Part shown: positions 48,684 through 61,382 of the stretch, one piece after another
Numbering within the stretch: the stretch's first letter is position 1
How the letters are laid out: each line of letters begins with the position of its first letter
Assembly: GCA_002104945.1 (NCBI GenBank)
Contig: MCFH01000012.1
Span: forward strand, 124,001-188,000
Origin: Piromyces finnis finn
Lineage: Eukaryota; Fungi; Neocallimastigomycota
DNA: 64,000 bases
Direction: 5' to 3'
Translations under genes and position numbers: made by a program
Notes under the pieces: generated by a model
What the model was told of the DNA's origin: nothing
The model's input: the letters and a program-made list of their open reading frames with translations, nothing else
Databases searched by the model: none

Positions 48684-49612
48684 TGATTATCATAATAACG
48701 CTTCTTGTTTCCTTCAATAATGGCTTGAAGTTTTGGGCAATTTTGTTGATAATGACCAGGTTCACTACAGAAGAAACAAGCTTTAATAGTTAAATTCTTC
48801 ATTTTCTTGACTAGGTTATTCATTTCATCATCTTTATTAGGCTTTTTGGCTTCAGTAAAAGAAACTTTTCTCTTGTATGGTTGAAAATTATTATAACTTT
48901 TGGTTATTGCAGTAGTCGTTGGTATATTACCATCATTATCTATTCTAGTATATAACCTATCTACCTTCTCAGCTATCTTAAAGGCCTTTTCTAGGGTGAT
49001 ATCATCTTTTAAAGATACTTTTCTCCATGCTTCTTTATTATTTTGTAAAGAATCTGCATAATCTAACACACTAATCTGCTTCTTCTTTTTCTTATCCAAC
49101 TTTAAATATAAAGATCTATATCTTCTATTGAAATCTTTAACTGATTCATTTCTTCTTATACGTAATCTTCTTAGTTCCCGTAATAACATACTTTGATCTT
49201 CTTTTAACCCATAAAATGTTTCAAGGGCATTGATAATTTTCCCAAGTGAGGGATAATCTTCTTCATTAGATTCATTTTTCTGATTCTCTTCTTCATTTTC
49301 ACTTTCATATTCATCTTCACTATCACTGTCTTTATCTTCCAACTCTTGGATTACCTTTCTTGGTTCACCCTTAGAAGTAAGCACACATGCCATGTAAATT
49401 TTCTTGGCACTAGTGATATCTTGAAGTTCAATCCATAAACTTATTTCAGAAGCCCAGGATCTTATGTCCAAATTATCTTTGGAAAGTTTTTCTATATCCT
49501 TGAGTTCCTTATTCAACTCCTTGAAATCTATCCTTGTAGTAGAATTGCTCATTTTCTTGTATTTTCCTTGACCGAATTTATTGCAGTACAAGATGACAGA
49601 GTATAGACTCAA
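48671..49612 (-). CDS. gag: Element E gag, intact
   Basis: ORF with knuckle CFFCSEPGHYQQNC; start may be the later MSNSTT ATG. Confidence 0.92.
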   Translation of the reverse strand: MSLYSVILYCNKFGQGKYKKMSNSTTRIDFKELNKELKDIEKLSKDNLDIRSWASEISLWIELQDITSAKKIYMACVLTSKGEPRKVIQELEDKDSDSEDEYESENEEENQKNESNEEDYPSLGKIINALETFYGLKEDQSMLLRELRRLRIRRNESVKDFNRRYRSLYLKLDKKKKKQISVLDYADSLQNNKEAWRKVSLKDDITLEKAFKIAEKVDRLYTRIDNDGNIPTTTAITKSYNNFQPYKRKVSFTEAKKPNKDDEMNNLVKKMKNLTIKACFFCSEPGHYQQNCPKLQAIIEGNKKRYYDNHLNH

Positions 49613-50181
49613 AAATACCTTTGATAGTCTAAAAAAAATTATAAGTTCGAAATTCCTTTATCGACCACTTATTAGTTGTAACCAAGCTCGAAATTCCTTT
49701 ATCGACCACTTGACAGAATGAGATACAAATAATCTAGCACAGCACGTACTACCAATTATTTATTTAAATTTTTAGTATCACTCCTTACTATCTTAGTTCA
49801 GTCAGAAAAGATGAAATTATTACTTTTGTTTTCTGTTTTTCTTATAGTTAATTATTATTTGTTTTCAATTTACTAGCAAGAATTTTAATTTAATATTGTT
49901 ATTACTGATTCAAGTTACCGACCAAATTATATATAATAAACTATTAACTAAGAGTCTTTCGTCCAATGGTAAATGTTGCCGTCACCTTATTCACACGATC
50001 TAAGTTCCGTCACGTGCTTCAGGATCTTTCTACCACCCCTAGTATACCTCTGTTGATTAGTTAATAATGCTTGTCTATGCTGATATAACTTGTTTAACTT
50101 AAAACAGTAAGAAAAGAATATTTCAATTAGCAATATTAAATTACTCGAAGAGAATCAACAAAAAGAATAGATATATATATC

Positions 50182-50219
<38 letters not shown>

Positions 50220-50593
50220 AATTATTATTTAAAAACTTATTTCTTTTTATAAAAATATAGGCCAACCTATATAATGTTAAACCATCAAGTATTATAGGTT
50301 GTGTAATTCTAAGTGAAAATCCCTCGTAGCTCTTTGATGATAAGCCACAAATATACCCGATGGTTAATATTAAATATAATTTAATAAAAGGAAGTAACGT
50401 AATTAATTTCTTTATTATCACTAACTTAATTAGCGGAAAGAAAATAATTGATTATCTTCACCAATTATCAGATATAATTGAACACCAAAGTATTACGTAC
50501 AGCAGTTTAACTTGCCACGCTAAGGGTCACTTTCGAATTATTTATTTATATTTTAAAAAGAATAATTTTTAAAAATCGTTCAATTAAAAAAAA

Positions 50594-50631
<38 letters not shown>

Positions 50632-51080
50632 TTATAACTACTAAAATAATATTTAATTTATTAAAAATTTGAATTACAATAATAAGTATAGTAGAACAGC
50701 ATTTCACAGCAATTTTCCAATACTTATTTAGGGTGCTTAAGTAGTTCACAATTGCCCAGCTTACCGTATTACCAGTGTCATGTAGCAATTATGCGAGGCA
50801 CTTCTATTTCTCTAGCAAAATAGAAAGGTTCAGCGCTTTCCAGTATCCTACTGTGAAAGATAAACTAGACCTAAAAACTTAACCACTAATTCCTAAATAA
50901 GTACTGCTTCTAAAGCGTACTAATTCAGTTCTACTAAAATATTATACCTTAAAGCTTCAACAGTAATATAAATATTACCTATAACTTTGAAGGGTAATAA
51001 ATTTTTAAGAAATTTATATAATATTTTAGTAATATTTTAATATTACTTTATCCTATGTATTAATAATTTTTATTAATATT

Positions 51081-51100
51081 ATTCCCCGATATCTCCACCA
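51081..51100 (-). promoter_or_regulatory. PBS of E, complementary to the tRNA-Ala 3' end
   Basis: TGGTGGAGATATCGGGGAAT, 7 nt from the LTR; tRNA-Ala typically ends ...TCCCCGNNATCTCCACCA. Confidence 0.75.
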
Positions 51101-52223
51101 ATTTTTATGTTACGGTTCGAGGAATTTACTTTTATTTATAAAATATTAATAAATTTATTAATACTCAAAAATAATATTAAAATGAAATAAGAAAAATTGT
51201 TTTATTAATAAAATTGTTTTATTAAGATATTAATATAAAATTATAAAATAAAAAAAATAAAAATAAAAATAAAAATATCTGTATATTCTCTAATTCTTAT
51301 AATATACACCTTTTTATACTTTTTGTAAAAAATTAAGTAGTGTTAATTAAAAGAATTAGTCTTTAATTATTTACATTAATTTTAGTATTTAAATTACTTT
51401 TAAATGAATAATAAAATTACATTACTATTATAATAAATATTTATACATATTATTAAATTGATTAACATACATTAAAAGTTTACTTTAAATATATTTAACT
51501 AAAGAATTTTACTATTTTACAGAAATATTATTCATAATTTTAATTAATAAAAATTCATTAACTTGATAAATTAAACTAAAAGTTCAATAAACTATAATTT
51601 TCAATATATTATTATTACGAAATTAATTTTTAAGTTTAATAAAATAAAATTTAAGTTCAATAAAAATAATTATTAATAATTTTAAATATAATTTAAGTGT
51701 ATACATTAATTTACAAATAAGAATATTGTAAAGTTTTCATACATTTAGGAACAATAATGAATGGATTAGGTCATAATCATTAATTATGACAAGAATAACA
51801 TTATTTGTTGGTTCCTTAACAATTGTATTTCGGGGTTTCCAAAGCTGGCTTCGCCGTCAGGTTGTTGGACGCTGACCTACTTGTCATGTGTTCGACTCCG
51901 GGTTCTCTATATTATGGATTAAATATAGCAATCGCTATATTTAATCCATAATATTTGTCTATTTCCATTTCTTCTTTTTTATTTAAATAATTGAAGTTAC
52001 CAATCAATATGAATAATGCTTAATCATAATTATTAAATAAGAATATTTATAAATAGTAAATATAAATAATTTATAGAATTCATGTAAATTTAGTCTTTAG
52101 AATTAGTATTAAGGTTAATTTGTATTAATAATATTAAATAATCAAATTATTAATAAAATATACTATTAATACAAAAAATAGGTAATTAGTATTGTGTTAA
52201 CCTGAGTCTCTCGCGTTGTTACA

Positions 52224-52234
52224 ATACTAATTCT
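52224..52234 (+). promoter_or_regulatory. Self-priming PBS of F (ATACTAATTCT)
   Basis: Abuts the 5' LTR; perfect complement AGAATTAGTAT at 52099-52109, 30 nt after TATAAATA (52061-52068). Confidence 0.82.
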
Positions 52235-52323
52235 CTAAGAAAAAAAAAGACTTACCTTAACACAATAATAACTTAACCCTTTATAAAATTAATAAAACCA
52301 TTTTTTAATAAAACATTTTAAAT

Positions 52324-53157
52324 ATGTCTTATAACCCTTTCAACATTTTCACTACCGCCTCAGCTTCTTCCTCTCAACAAAGCCAAGTACCTCCTGTGGA
52401 CCCTCTTATGCTGGATTATGTGCTACCGATAGGAAACCCAAGCAAATTCTCAGGAAAAAGTATGGATCTTGAAGAATTTATTCAACATTGTGAATTAATC
52501 TTTCAATTAAGAAGCATTCTATTCCGCTCGGACGCCCATAAGACAGCTTTTATGTTTTCCTATATGGAAGGGGATGCCAAACTCTTCGTAGCTCACTTGA
52601 TCTAAGAAAGAAATCCAGTTATGAACAGTTATCCTAGCTTTGTTGCCTTACTTAGAAGAGTATTTCGTAATCTTGACATTGTATTCAATGCCAACCAAAT
52701 TATTATGGCATTGAAACAAGAACGTATAGGTGAAGTATCTCAATACATCAAAGATTTTGAACAAGCCTCAATCCATCTTGGATGGAATCAACCGGCCCTC
52801 GTCTCAAAATTTATTGATGGATTGCATGATGAAGTCAAAGCCGAGTTATTAATGCGTGGTGAGGATATACCAACCCTTCTTGCTGCGTTTCATAGAGCTA
52901 TGATAATCGACTCAAGCCTTCTTAAGAAACATAATATTTCCAGAAATTACTGTGGTGCTTCTCTTTATAATCCATTTGTGCGAAAGATGAGAAATAAGGA
53001 TCAAAATCCTTTTACCCGTTCCACTCAATCTGATGGTAAAAGACGTGGTCCTTTATCTGCTGAAGAAAAACAAAAGCGTCGTGATCAAGGTTTGTGTATG
53101 TATTGTGGTGCTAAGGATCATTTGGTCACTTCCTGTCCTAAAGTTCCAAAAAACTAA
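52324..53157 (+). pseudogene. gag: Element F gag with one premature stop
   Basis: PSKFSGK..LEEFI, in-frame TAA at 52603, knuckle CMYCGAKDHLVTSC, ends on slippery A AAA AAC. Confidence 0.9.
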
Positions 53158-56100
53158 CTTCTAGAGTAGATTCTGAGCCTAAATCTTACTCTAGTACAAA
53201 CCCCTTTGAAGCTAAGCCTTCTACCAATAATACACACCATCCAAAATCTTATAATCCATTCATTCCCTTAGATAAATACCTTATTTTTCCGTTCATCATT
53301 ATGATTAATAATAACCCATGCGATATCTCAATCTTGGTTGATTCAGGTGCTATTGAAAACACTATCTCCAAATTTTTTAATGAGAAATATAGTATTCCAG
53401 TATCGGTTTCAAAAATATCTGGAACCATTGACTGTGGTGGGAAAACTTCTAATATTTTGGGAATGACTAAACCTCTTAGGATTATATTTAAAGATGAATC
53501 ATTTTCTATTCAATTCATTATCACAGATGATGATTCTCTACCTCCAATTATTGGTACCCCTTGGCTCAATTCAAATAGGGCAGTCGTAGATTTTGATTGT
53601 AAAAAATTGTATTTTAAAAAAGATGTATCTAAATTTGAAACTAATAATGCATATTTTAAACCTAATTGCGAAAACCCTCAGTGTAATGACTCTTGTGTTT
53701 CAACAAATAATTCGGATATTCATCTTCACTCAATCTCTTCGACTCCCTCTTCACCTTCTATTGATTCCTCCATCCCTGCTTCCTCTCCGGTAAGTAAACC
53801 TGATTCTAGCACTTCTCACCGTTCTCCAACGTCATATTCTCAAAAATTTGCAATTTATATTACTTGTCCCTCTATAGATTCACCTTCAAAAACACCCTCT
53901 ATTCCGGATTTTTACATTGACTTTAAGGACGTCTTTTCTGAAAAAGCAGCAAACGAACTTCCCCCGCATAGACCTTACGACTGTAGAATCGATTTAAAAC
54001 CCGACTCTTCTCTCCCTTACGGCCCAATTTATTCTCTCACCGTGGAGGAAACAAAGACACTTAAGGATTATATTAAAGAAAACTTAGAAAAGAACTTCAT
54101 TCGGAAGTCTATCTCTCCAGCCGGCGCCCCTGTCTTATTCGTTCGAAAAAAAGATAATTCGCTTCGGATGTGCATTGACTACAGAAAACTCAACGATATC
54201 ACTATTAGGAACTCCTATCTCCTTCCGCTAATCAATGATCTTCTTGAAAAAGTCAGCGGAGCTAAATTCCTCACTAAGCTCGACCTTCGTTCCGCATACA
54301 ACCTTGTTCGTATTAAGGAAGGTGATGAATATAAAACGGCTTTCAACACTAGATTTGGTCATTTTGAGTATTTAGTCATGCCGTTTGGTCTTAAAAATGC
54401 CCCAGCTACCTTCCAGCATTTTATCAACAATATTTTAAGTGATTTCCTTGACGACTTTGCCTTCGCTTACATTGATGATATTCTCATTTTTTCCAATACA
54501 TTAGAGGAACATCATAAGCATGTTCGCTTAATTCTCGAACGTCTTCTCAAGAATAACCTCTATGTTAAACTCGAAAAATGCGAATTCGATGTTCCTGAAA
54601 TTGATTTTGTTGGTCACCATCTTTCTGGTTCTGGTATATCAATGGAAAAGAATAAAGTAGACGCCATTCTTAATTGGCCTCTTCCCCAAAATACAAAACA
54701 TATCCAACAATTCATGGGTCTCTGTAATTACTACAGGCGCTTTATAAAAAATTTTTCTAAAATCGCTGCGCCCTTGACTCGATTATTAAAGAAAAATGTT
54801 CCTTTCATTATGGACTCTTCTGCCGTCTCAGCTTTCAATAATTTAAAAAATGCTTTTCTTTCCGCCAGTCTCCTTTGCCATGCCGATCCGAACAAACCTT
54901 TCATTATTGAATCCGACTCCAGTAACTTCGCTATCGGTAGTGTCCTTCTTCAAGAATTTGATGGTTCTCTTCACCCTGTTTCTTTCTTCTCGAGAGCTTT
55001 AACCAACGCCGAATGTAATTACCCAATTTACGACAAGGAACTCCTTGCTATCAAAGAAGCCTTTCAAACCTGGAGGAACCATCTTGAAGGTGCCAATCAC
55101 CAAATCACTGTCTTCTCCGATCATCGTAATCTTCTTTTTGAGCGTAAACCAGATCATCTTTCCCAACGTCATATCCGCTGGAGTATCTTCTTCTCTCGTT
55201 TTGATTTTGTTATTAAATACAAATCTGGTTCGAAGAATAGAGCTGATTGCTTGTCTCGTAGACCTGATTATGAACATAAAGTTTCTAATTCAGGTTCAAT
55301 TCTTAACACTTCTAATTTCACTAGCATTTCCTCAGTTATTTCTCTAAGTGATAGCTCTCTATTAGAAAAGATTCGTTCAGCCCTACCTTCAGATCCTTAC
55401 TTCAATTCTACAGACAACTCCAGAAGACTTAATCTCCCCAATTCTCCTTTCACTTTCAAGGATGATATTTTTCTTTACAACTTTAAGATTTACATTCCCG
55501 AAGTCCTTCGTGTTGAAATTCTTCAATCCCATCATAATTCCCCTTCTTCCGGACATTTCGGTATTAGGAAAACTCTCGAACTTATTAGTAGAAACTTTTG
55601 GTGGAAGAGCTTGAGGGGGGATGTACGCAGATTTGTAAATTCATGTGATACGTGTAATAGAAACAAAAACAGCAATCATAAACCATATGGATTTCTTCAA
55701 CCACTCTCAATACCCGAAAAACAATGGTCTTCAATATCTCTTGATTTTATTACAGATCTACCAAAATCGAACAATTACTCTGCTATCCTAACAGTGGTGG
55801 ATAGATTATCGAAGATGGGTCATTTCATTCCACTTAGAAAGCTTCCCTCAGCTGAAGAAACTGCACAACTTATCTTGGATAATGTATTCAGACTACATGG
55901 CATTCCAAAGGAAATTATATCAGATCGCGGTAGATAATTCAATTCCAAATTCTTCCAACATTTTTGTAAGCTACTGTACTGTGAATCCAAACTTTCAACT
56001 GCTCATCACCAACAGACTGATGGGCAAACGGAAAGGCTTAATAGTATAATTGAACAGTATCTCAGGTGTTTCACTAACAGTAAACATTCTGACTGGAGTT

Positions 56101-56800
56101 CGTATATTTCACTCGCAGAATTTGCCTATAACAATGCTATTCAGGAATCCATTAAAATGTCACCTTTCAAGGCCAACTTAAAGTATGATCCAGAATTCTT
56201 AATTGATCTTCCAATAACGTCCCTAGTTCCTGAAGCGGAAAAAGTTGTATGTGACATTGGTAAGACACTTGATAAACTAAAGGAAAATATGAAAGAAGCT
56301 CAAGAAAAGTTTAAAAAATATGCTGATAAAAAAAGACAAGAGCCTCCCAGTTTAAATGTAGGCGACAAAGTATGGTTGCTCTATCCCAAAGGAAAAACAA
56401 ATGTGAAGAAATTAGATCCTAGGAAATCGGACCATATGAAATTATTGAATGCTTGGAAAATCAAAATTTCAAGTTAAAATTATCCAAACGAGACCGAAGA
56501 CACCCCATTTTCCATATATCTAATCTCGAGCCCTATATTGAGAATACCTTTGAAAACCGAGACATTCAGAAGCCACCTCCCATTTTAGTTAACGATGAAT
56601 TAGAGTATGAAATAAATGAAATTTTAGATTCTAGAATTAACAACGGAGCACTTCAGTATCTTGTTGATTGGAAAGGATATTCTGCTGAAGATCGTTCATG
56701 GGAAAACGCAGAAGACATACATGCCCCCGAATTACTGAAAGCTTTCCACAAAAAGTTTCCAGACAAACCGCATTCAATGTCGTCTGGAATCCGACATTAG
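53148..56800 (+). pseudogene. pol: Element F pol with canonical chromodomain; one stop and one frameshift
   Basis: LVDSGA, YIDD, ESDSS, HHCC, SDRG(R*)FNS at 55935, frameshift near 56430 before GPY, YEINEILDSR..YLVDWKGY..DRSWE. Confidence 0.95.
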
Positions 56801-57765
56801 AAGGAGGGCATTGTAACGTATAAAGGTTTTGTACCTTTTCACCAAAATTGTATTTCGGGGTTCCCCAAGCTGGCTTCGCCGTCAGGTTGTTGGACGCTGA
56901 CCTACTTGTCATGTGTTCGACTCCGGGTTCTCTATATTATGGATTAAATATAGCAATCGCTATATTTAATCCATAATATTTGTCTATTTCTATTTCTTCT
57001 TTTTTATTTAAATAATTGAAGTTACCAATCAATATGAATAATGTTTATTCATAATTATTAAATAAGAATATTTATAAATAGTAAATATAAATAATTTATA
57101 GAATTCATGTAAATTTAGTCTTTAAAATTAGTATTAAGGTTAATTTGTATTAATAATATTAAATAATCAAATTATTAATAAAATATACTATTAATACAAA
57201 AAATAGGTAATTAGTATTGTGTTAACCTGAGTCTCTCGCGTTGTTACAGGCATGATATCTCTTCTGGTTTACGAGATATTAAGGTTTAAAGATAATTATG
57301 AACAAATAATTAATGGAAATTCAGAGAATGATCACCCCTGATGTATTAATCATAAATTATTCCGTAAAACTAAATTATCTTTTCCAATTAATTAAAGTAA
57401 ATTAAATTCAACTAAATTAAAATAATCCTCCGGAAGATAATAACTTTATTTAATAACAATTATATCAATAAGACAAATTATAATATTTGAATTAAAATAT
57501 TAATAACTATTATAATGATATTCGATGAATTATATTAAAATTAATATTATCATTAATATAAACAATAGTTAGTCTTAATAATTATGAATAAGACTTAAGT
57601 TTGAATTTTAGTATTATAAAATATTAATATCAATATTAACAAATAGTACTTTAAGTATTATGAATAAATAATCTTATTTTACAAATTTACCAATATATTA
57701 TTAATAAAAAAATTATTTAATAACCAAAACTTTTGATTAATTGTTTTAAAAAAATTAAGATTATT

Positions 57766-58379
57766 TGTAATGTTGAACACTGGAAGAATAGATTAGGATA
57801 TCTATTCTATTACAATAACACTAAAATTTAAATAAGAAAAAAAAAGTTTTTTATAAAAATATCTTTTATTATAGTAGAAATTTATTAATAACAATTACAT
57901 CGATAAAATGATGAAAAATATCTTCTATTTATATTTTTCCTAAATACATTTATATTATATTATAACTATTTATTTCTTATATATTATTATTTAAAATCTA
58001 CACTAAAATCTTAATTATTAATAAATATTTAAACTATAACTATTTTTAGTAAAATACAATTGGCAATTCAAATTAAGTACTATTCAATTTGAATATATGC
58101 CCATGTATTATTGATATATTAATCATTTATTATTTATATACTATATATCTATTTGTATTACAAAACAATACTAAAACTAGGGATTTACATTGAGAATATT
58201 AATTTACTTGTTAAACATTAAAAATAAACTAATAATTTATTTTGTTTTAAACTTTAATTATTAATAAATAAATTATATCTCATTTTCTTTTTCTGTAATA
58301 TAATTTGTATAACTTAAACAATAATACTTGTGGCTTAAGTTACATTAAAGATATCAAACAGAGGCGTTTGATATCTTTA
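57766..58379 (-). mobile_element. Family-B-like solo LTR in D2; right end removed by a small deletion
   Basis: Aligns with B LTRs; ends gatatcttta, then resumes D sequence about 50 bp further along than in D1. Confidence 0.85.
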
Positions 58380-58442
58380 ATCTTTTACTTAATTTAATAT
58401 TTTAATATTAAATTATAAATTTAGTAAAACTTTTACAAATGT

Positions 58443-59036
58443 TGTCATGAATAATAGTGGATTTATGATTATTTCTTTAAATAATGCTTTATTTATTTAA
58501 TTAATTAATTAAAAATATTTTATTATAAAACATTATTAATATTTAAGAGATATTATTATTTTATAATTAATAAGATTTTATATTTATTAAAGATTGACTT
58601 AATATCTCTTTGTTCATTTGATTAAGAAGGAAATTAAAATTAAATTATAAAATAATCATTCCTTCTACAAATGATTTATAATATGACTTTAAAATTATTA
58701 AACATAATACGGGTTTAAGAAATAATCATATATAATTAATATATATTTAATTTATAGAATATAAACAATTAATCATTTATTAAATATTAAATGTATTTCT
58801 TTAATATTAAAGATAGTATAAATACTCAAGAAAATTTCTATCATTAGGAATTTCAAGAGTTCATTATTTTAAACATTTACTTTAATAATAATAATTAATA
58901 AATAAAAATTTTTCTTTAAATAAAAATTTTATTAATAAATAAAGTTAATTAAATAATATTTATTCATTTATTTAATTAATTAATAATTTAAGGTAAAATA
59001 GTGCTTTCTGACCCAACAGAAGTGAAAAATCTAAAA
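58443..59036. mobile_element. Solo LTR G2
   Basis: TGTCATG start, homologous to G1, degraded end, flanked by AATGT on both sides. Confidence 0.8.
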
Positions 59037-59046
59037 AATGTGGTTC

Positions 59047-59837
59047 TGTAAAGATATAATATATATCTTTAGATTATTTAATAATTAATTATTAGTTATT
59101 AAATAATAAAATAATATATAGTTAAATTGATTATAAAGTTTATATAATAAATTTTATGGAATAATTTAGTAATAAATTATTTTATAATAATTCCATTAAA
59201 ATTAAAATTAAGATAAATATTTAAATTTAAGGAATAAAAGAATTAAATTAAATTTAAATATTTCAAATATTTTAAATAATTAAAATATTTTTTTAAATAC
59301 TTTTTATTTAATTTTAGAATAGATTATACTTTTTTATTTAAATTTAGAATAGTTTAATAATTTTAACTTAGTTTTAAAAATAGATTTATTTATATTTCAA
59401 TAGGAAATATATTAAGAATAGTATTGATAATATTAAATTAATTTATAAATAATACATGGGCTTTATCCAATTTTGAGTTTACTCAAGTTGAATTAAAAGT
59501 ATAATGAATTAGTTTTAGTTTAGTTCTGCTATTTTATTATTTAATTAAATTAGTGTTGTTTATTTTATATTAAATATATGTTTATTTAAATAGAATAATA
59601 TATTAGAATATAATTATGAAAAAATATAAATACATGTAATTTTTGTTTGTTAAATCAATGTAATTGTTATTTTAATTTTTTAATTATTAACTATTATATA
59701 GTTAATAACATTTTTAAGAGTTTTAAATAAAATGCTTTTTAAAATAAAAATTTAATGTTTAATTTTTTTTGTTTTCGTGTTAATAAAAATTGTTTTGTTT
59801 TAAGTATAAAATCTGGTTTAAATTTTATACTTTTACA
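59047..59837 (+). mobile_element. Solo LTR A3, inverted relative to A1 and A2
   Basis: TGTAAAG...CTTTTACA, reverse complement of A1; TSD GGTTC/GGCTC (one mismatch). Confidence 0.9.
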
Positions 59838-61382
59838 GGCTCTAGATTCGCTAGAAAGTTAGGAAAGCGATGTTGCCATATAACCTTTATTATTTAATAT
59901 TAGTTCTTTGAATTCGTTAGATATTTCAATTAGAATATCAGATATAATATTTTGTAATATTTCCTCCAACTCTATTTGTTCTTCTTTTGTTAATATTACC
60001 GTATTTATTAGTGATATTTCCTCTTCTTTTTGAACATTTGGGTTTATGTCTATAATTTTAATTGAGTTGTTATTTTTCTTTTGATATATAGCATCATCAT
60101 CGGGATCGATATATAGTCTATAAGTCTTTTGTATACTTCTTCCTAAGATTGCTTCATAGTGAGTGTTATTGTAAGTTTTCTTCTATTGTTAATGTATCAT
60201 TTATTTCAATCTTTAACCTTACTGTTGTCGAGGAGGTTATTATGATTCCATCTGCTAATGTGATAGTAATTGGCTCCTCTAACTTGTTAAATTCTTTTAT
60301 TTTGATTCATTATAAACCTTCTTTTGTGATAATATTTACATTCCAGTGTCATACAGAATTTTTATAGTTCGATCCATGATTTTTCCAGTGATTATAGGAA
60401 TGTTAATACTATTAATGTTACATAATATCTTTTCTGATTTCGGTTTGCAACCCATTTCGAGTTCTTTCCTTATTGACGGATTTACTGATAATAATTATTT
60501 TAAGTTTATTTTAGGATACAAATTACTAACTTCTTCTATTATGTTGAATTTTTCGTCCGGCTTGATCATTTGCTCTTAGTTTTATTTCTTTCTTTTTTTG
60601 ATTTTTGTTGTTCTTCTGAAGTTGGATTTGTTTTTATATTCTGTTTACTCTCTTCATTTGTTATTATAGTGGGCTCAACATTTGTTTTATTTTCATTATT
60701 TATTCTTGCTGATGTAGAATTGGATGTGTTATAGTTCTTTTCAGTTTGCGTTTCCATATCATCATCGCTTATCTCTATTAGATCGTCCTTAGTTTGTTTT
60801 TCTTTTCTCCGACGATCTCTTATATCTTTCTTTTGTTTTTTTTATTTTTAAGTTTTTTGGTTGACTTAGAATAGATGGTTTTATTATAGTTCTCTTAATA
60901 GTTTTACTATTGGTATTTGTATTTTTGGTCGTTGCGTTTATAAAGGTATTTAAGTTTGGATAGTTACTGTGTGCAATTTTAATTATATCGGGAGATTGCA
61001 TACTCCCATAATTTAATTTAAATAACGATTATGTGGTTTGTTTTCTGGAAACTCTTCTATTTTATATCCAATTCTTTGGCAATTTATGCAAACACTGATA
61101 TTGAGTTTAGAAAGTTTGTTAGTGATGTCGTTCATTTCTCCATCGTTTAGCTTTTTATTTGAATAATTATATTTGATTTCATTATTATTATTAGTATATT
61201 TCTTTTCTTTAGGAGTAAAATTATTTTTTCGTATTTGTTATAGTATTCTTTTTGTCTGTCAAAATATCTTTGTTTACTGTTATAAGCAAAGTTATTTTTT
61301 TCATATTTATTATCAAACTTCCTTTCTTGATTTTGGGGTTTGGCTCTGTCATTATTATTTAAACTTTTATAATTGTTGTTAT

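Larger units (their letters stand above)
43891..51821 (-). mobile_element. Element E: full-length Ty3/gypsy, apparently intact, tRNA-Ala primed
   Basis: LTRs 43891-44604 and 51108-51821, both 714 bp with no difference seen; 4-bp TSD ATTG (43887-43890, 51822-51825). Confidence 0.97.
28141..57248 (+). mobile_element. Element F: full-length Ty3/gypsy chromovirus (Tf1-like), disabled; 5' LTR split by C and E
   Basis: 5' LTR 28141-28180 + 51827-52223, 3' LTR 56812-57248; TSD GGCAT (28136-28140, 57249-57253); PPT TAGAAGGAGGGCAT 56798-56811. Confidence 0.95.
27817..58437. mobile_element. Solo LTR D2 (27817-28140, 57254-57765, 58380-58437), expanded by nested insertions
   Basis: TGTCAC...TTTACA, homologous to 42707-43835; TSD AATGT (27812-27816, 58438-58442). 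Confidence 0.88.
27767..61382 (-). mobile_element. Element J: decayed C/E-like Ty3/gypsy fragment hosting the 32-kb nest (pieces 27767-27816, 59037-59046, 59838-61382)
   Basis: gag end with knuckle-like CINCQRIGY, slippery site 61016-61022, ILYDTG protease; NLEP|HSIETTTEKPIKLRP rejoins across 59838/27816 and matches element C DLEPHSIITTTNKPIKLKP. Confidence 0.85.

Noticed and set aside
50320-50730. Group I intron in the leader of E (AATTGCTGTGAA and TCAAAGAGCTA resemble P and R motifs)
   Set aside because: No S motif or P7 pairing found, and no equivalent in C; kept only as a generic structured-RNA candidate.
22839-55937. RIP-like hypermutation: several stops look like CAA>TAA or CAG>TAG (22839, 31915, 52603, 55935)
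   Set aside because: These are the commonest single-transition routes to a stop, and LTR pairs differ at only a few sites; RIP would leave dense CpA changes.
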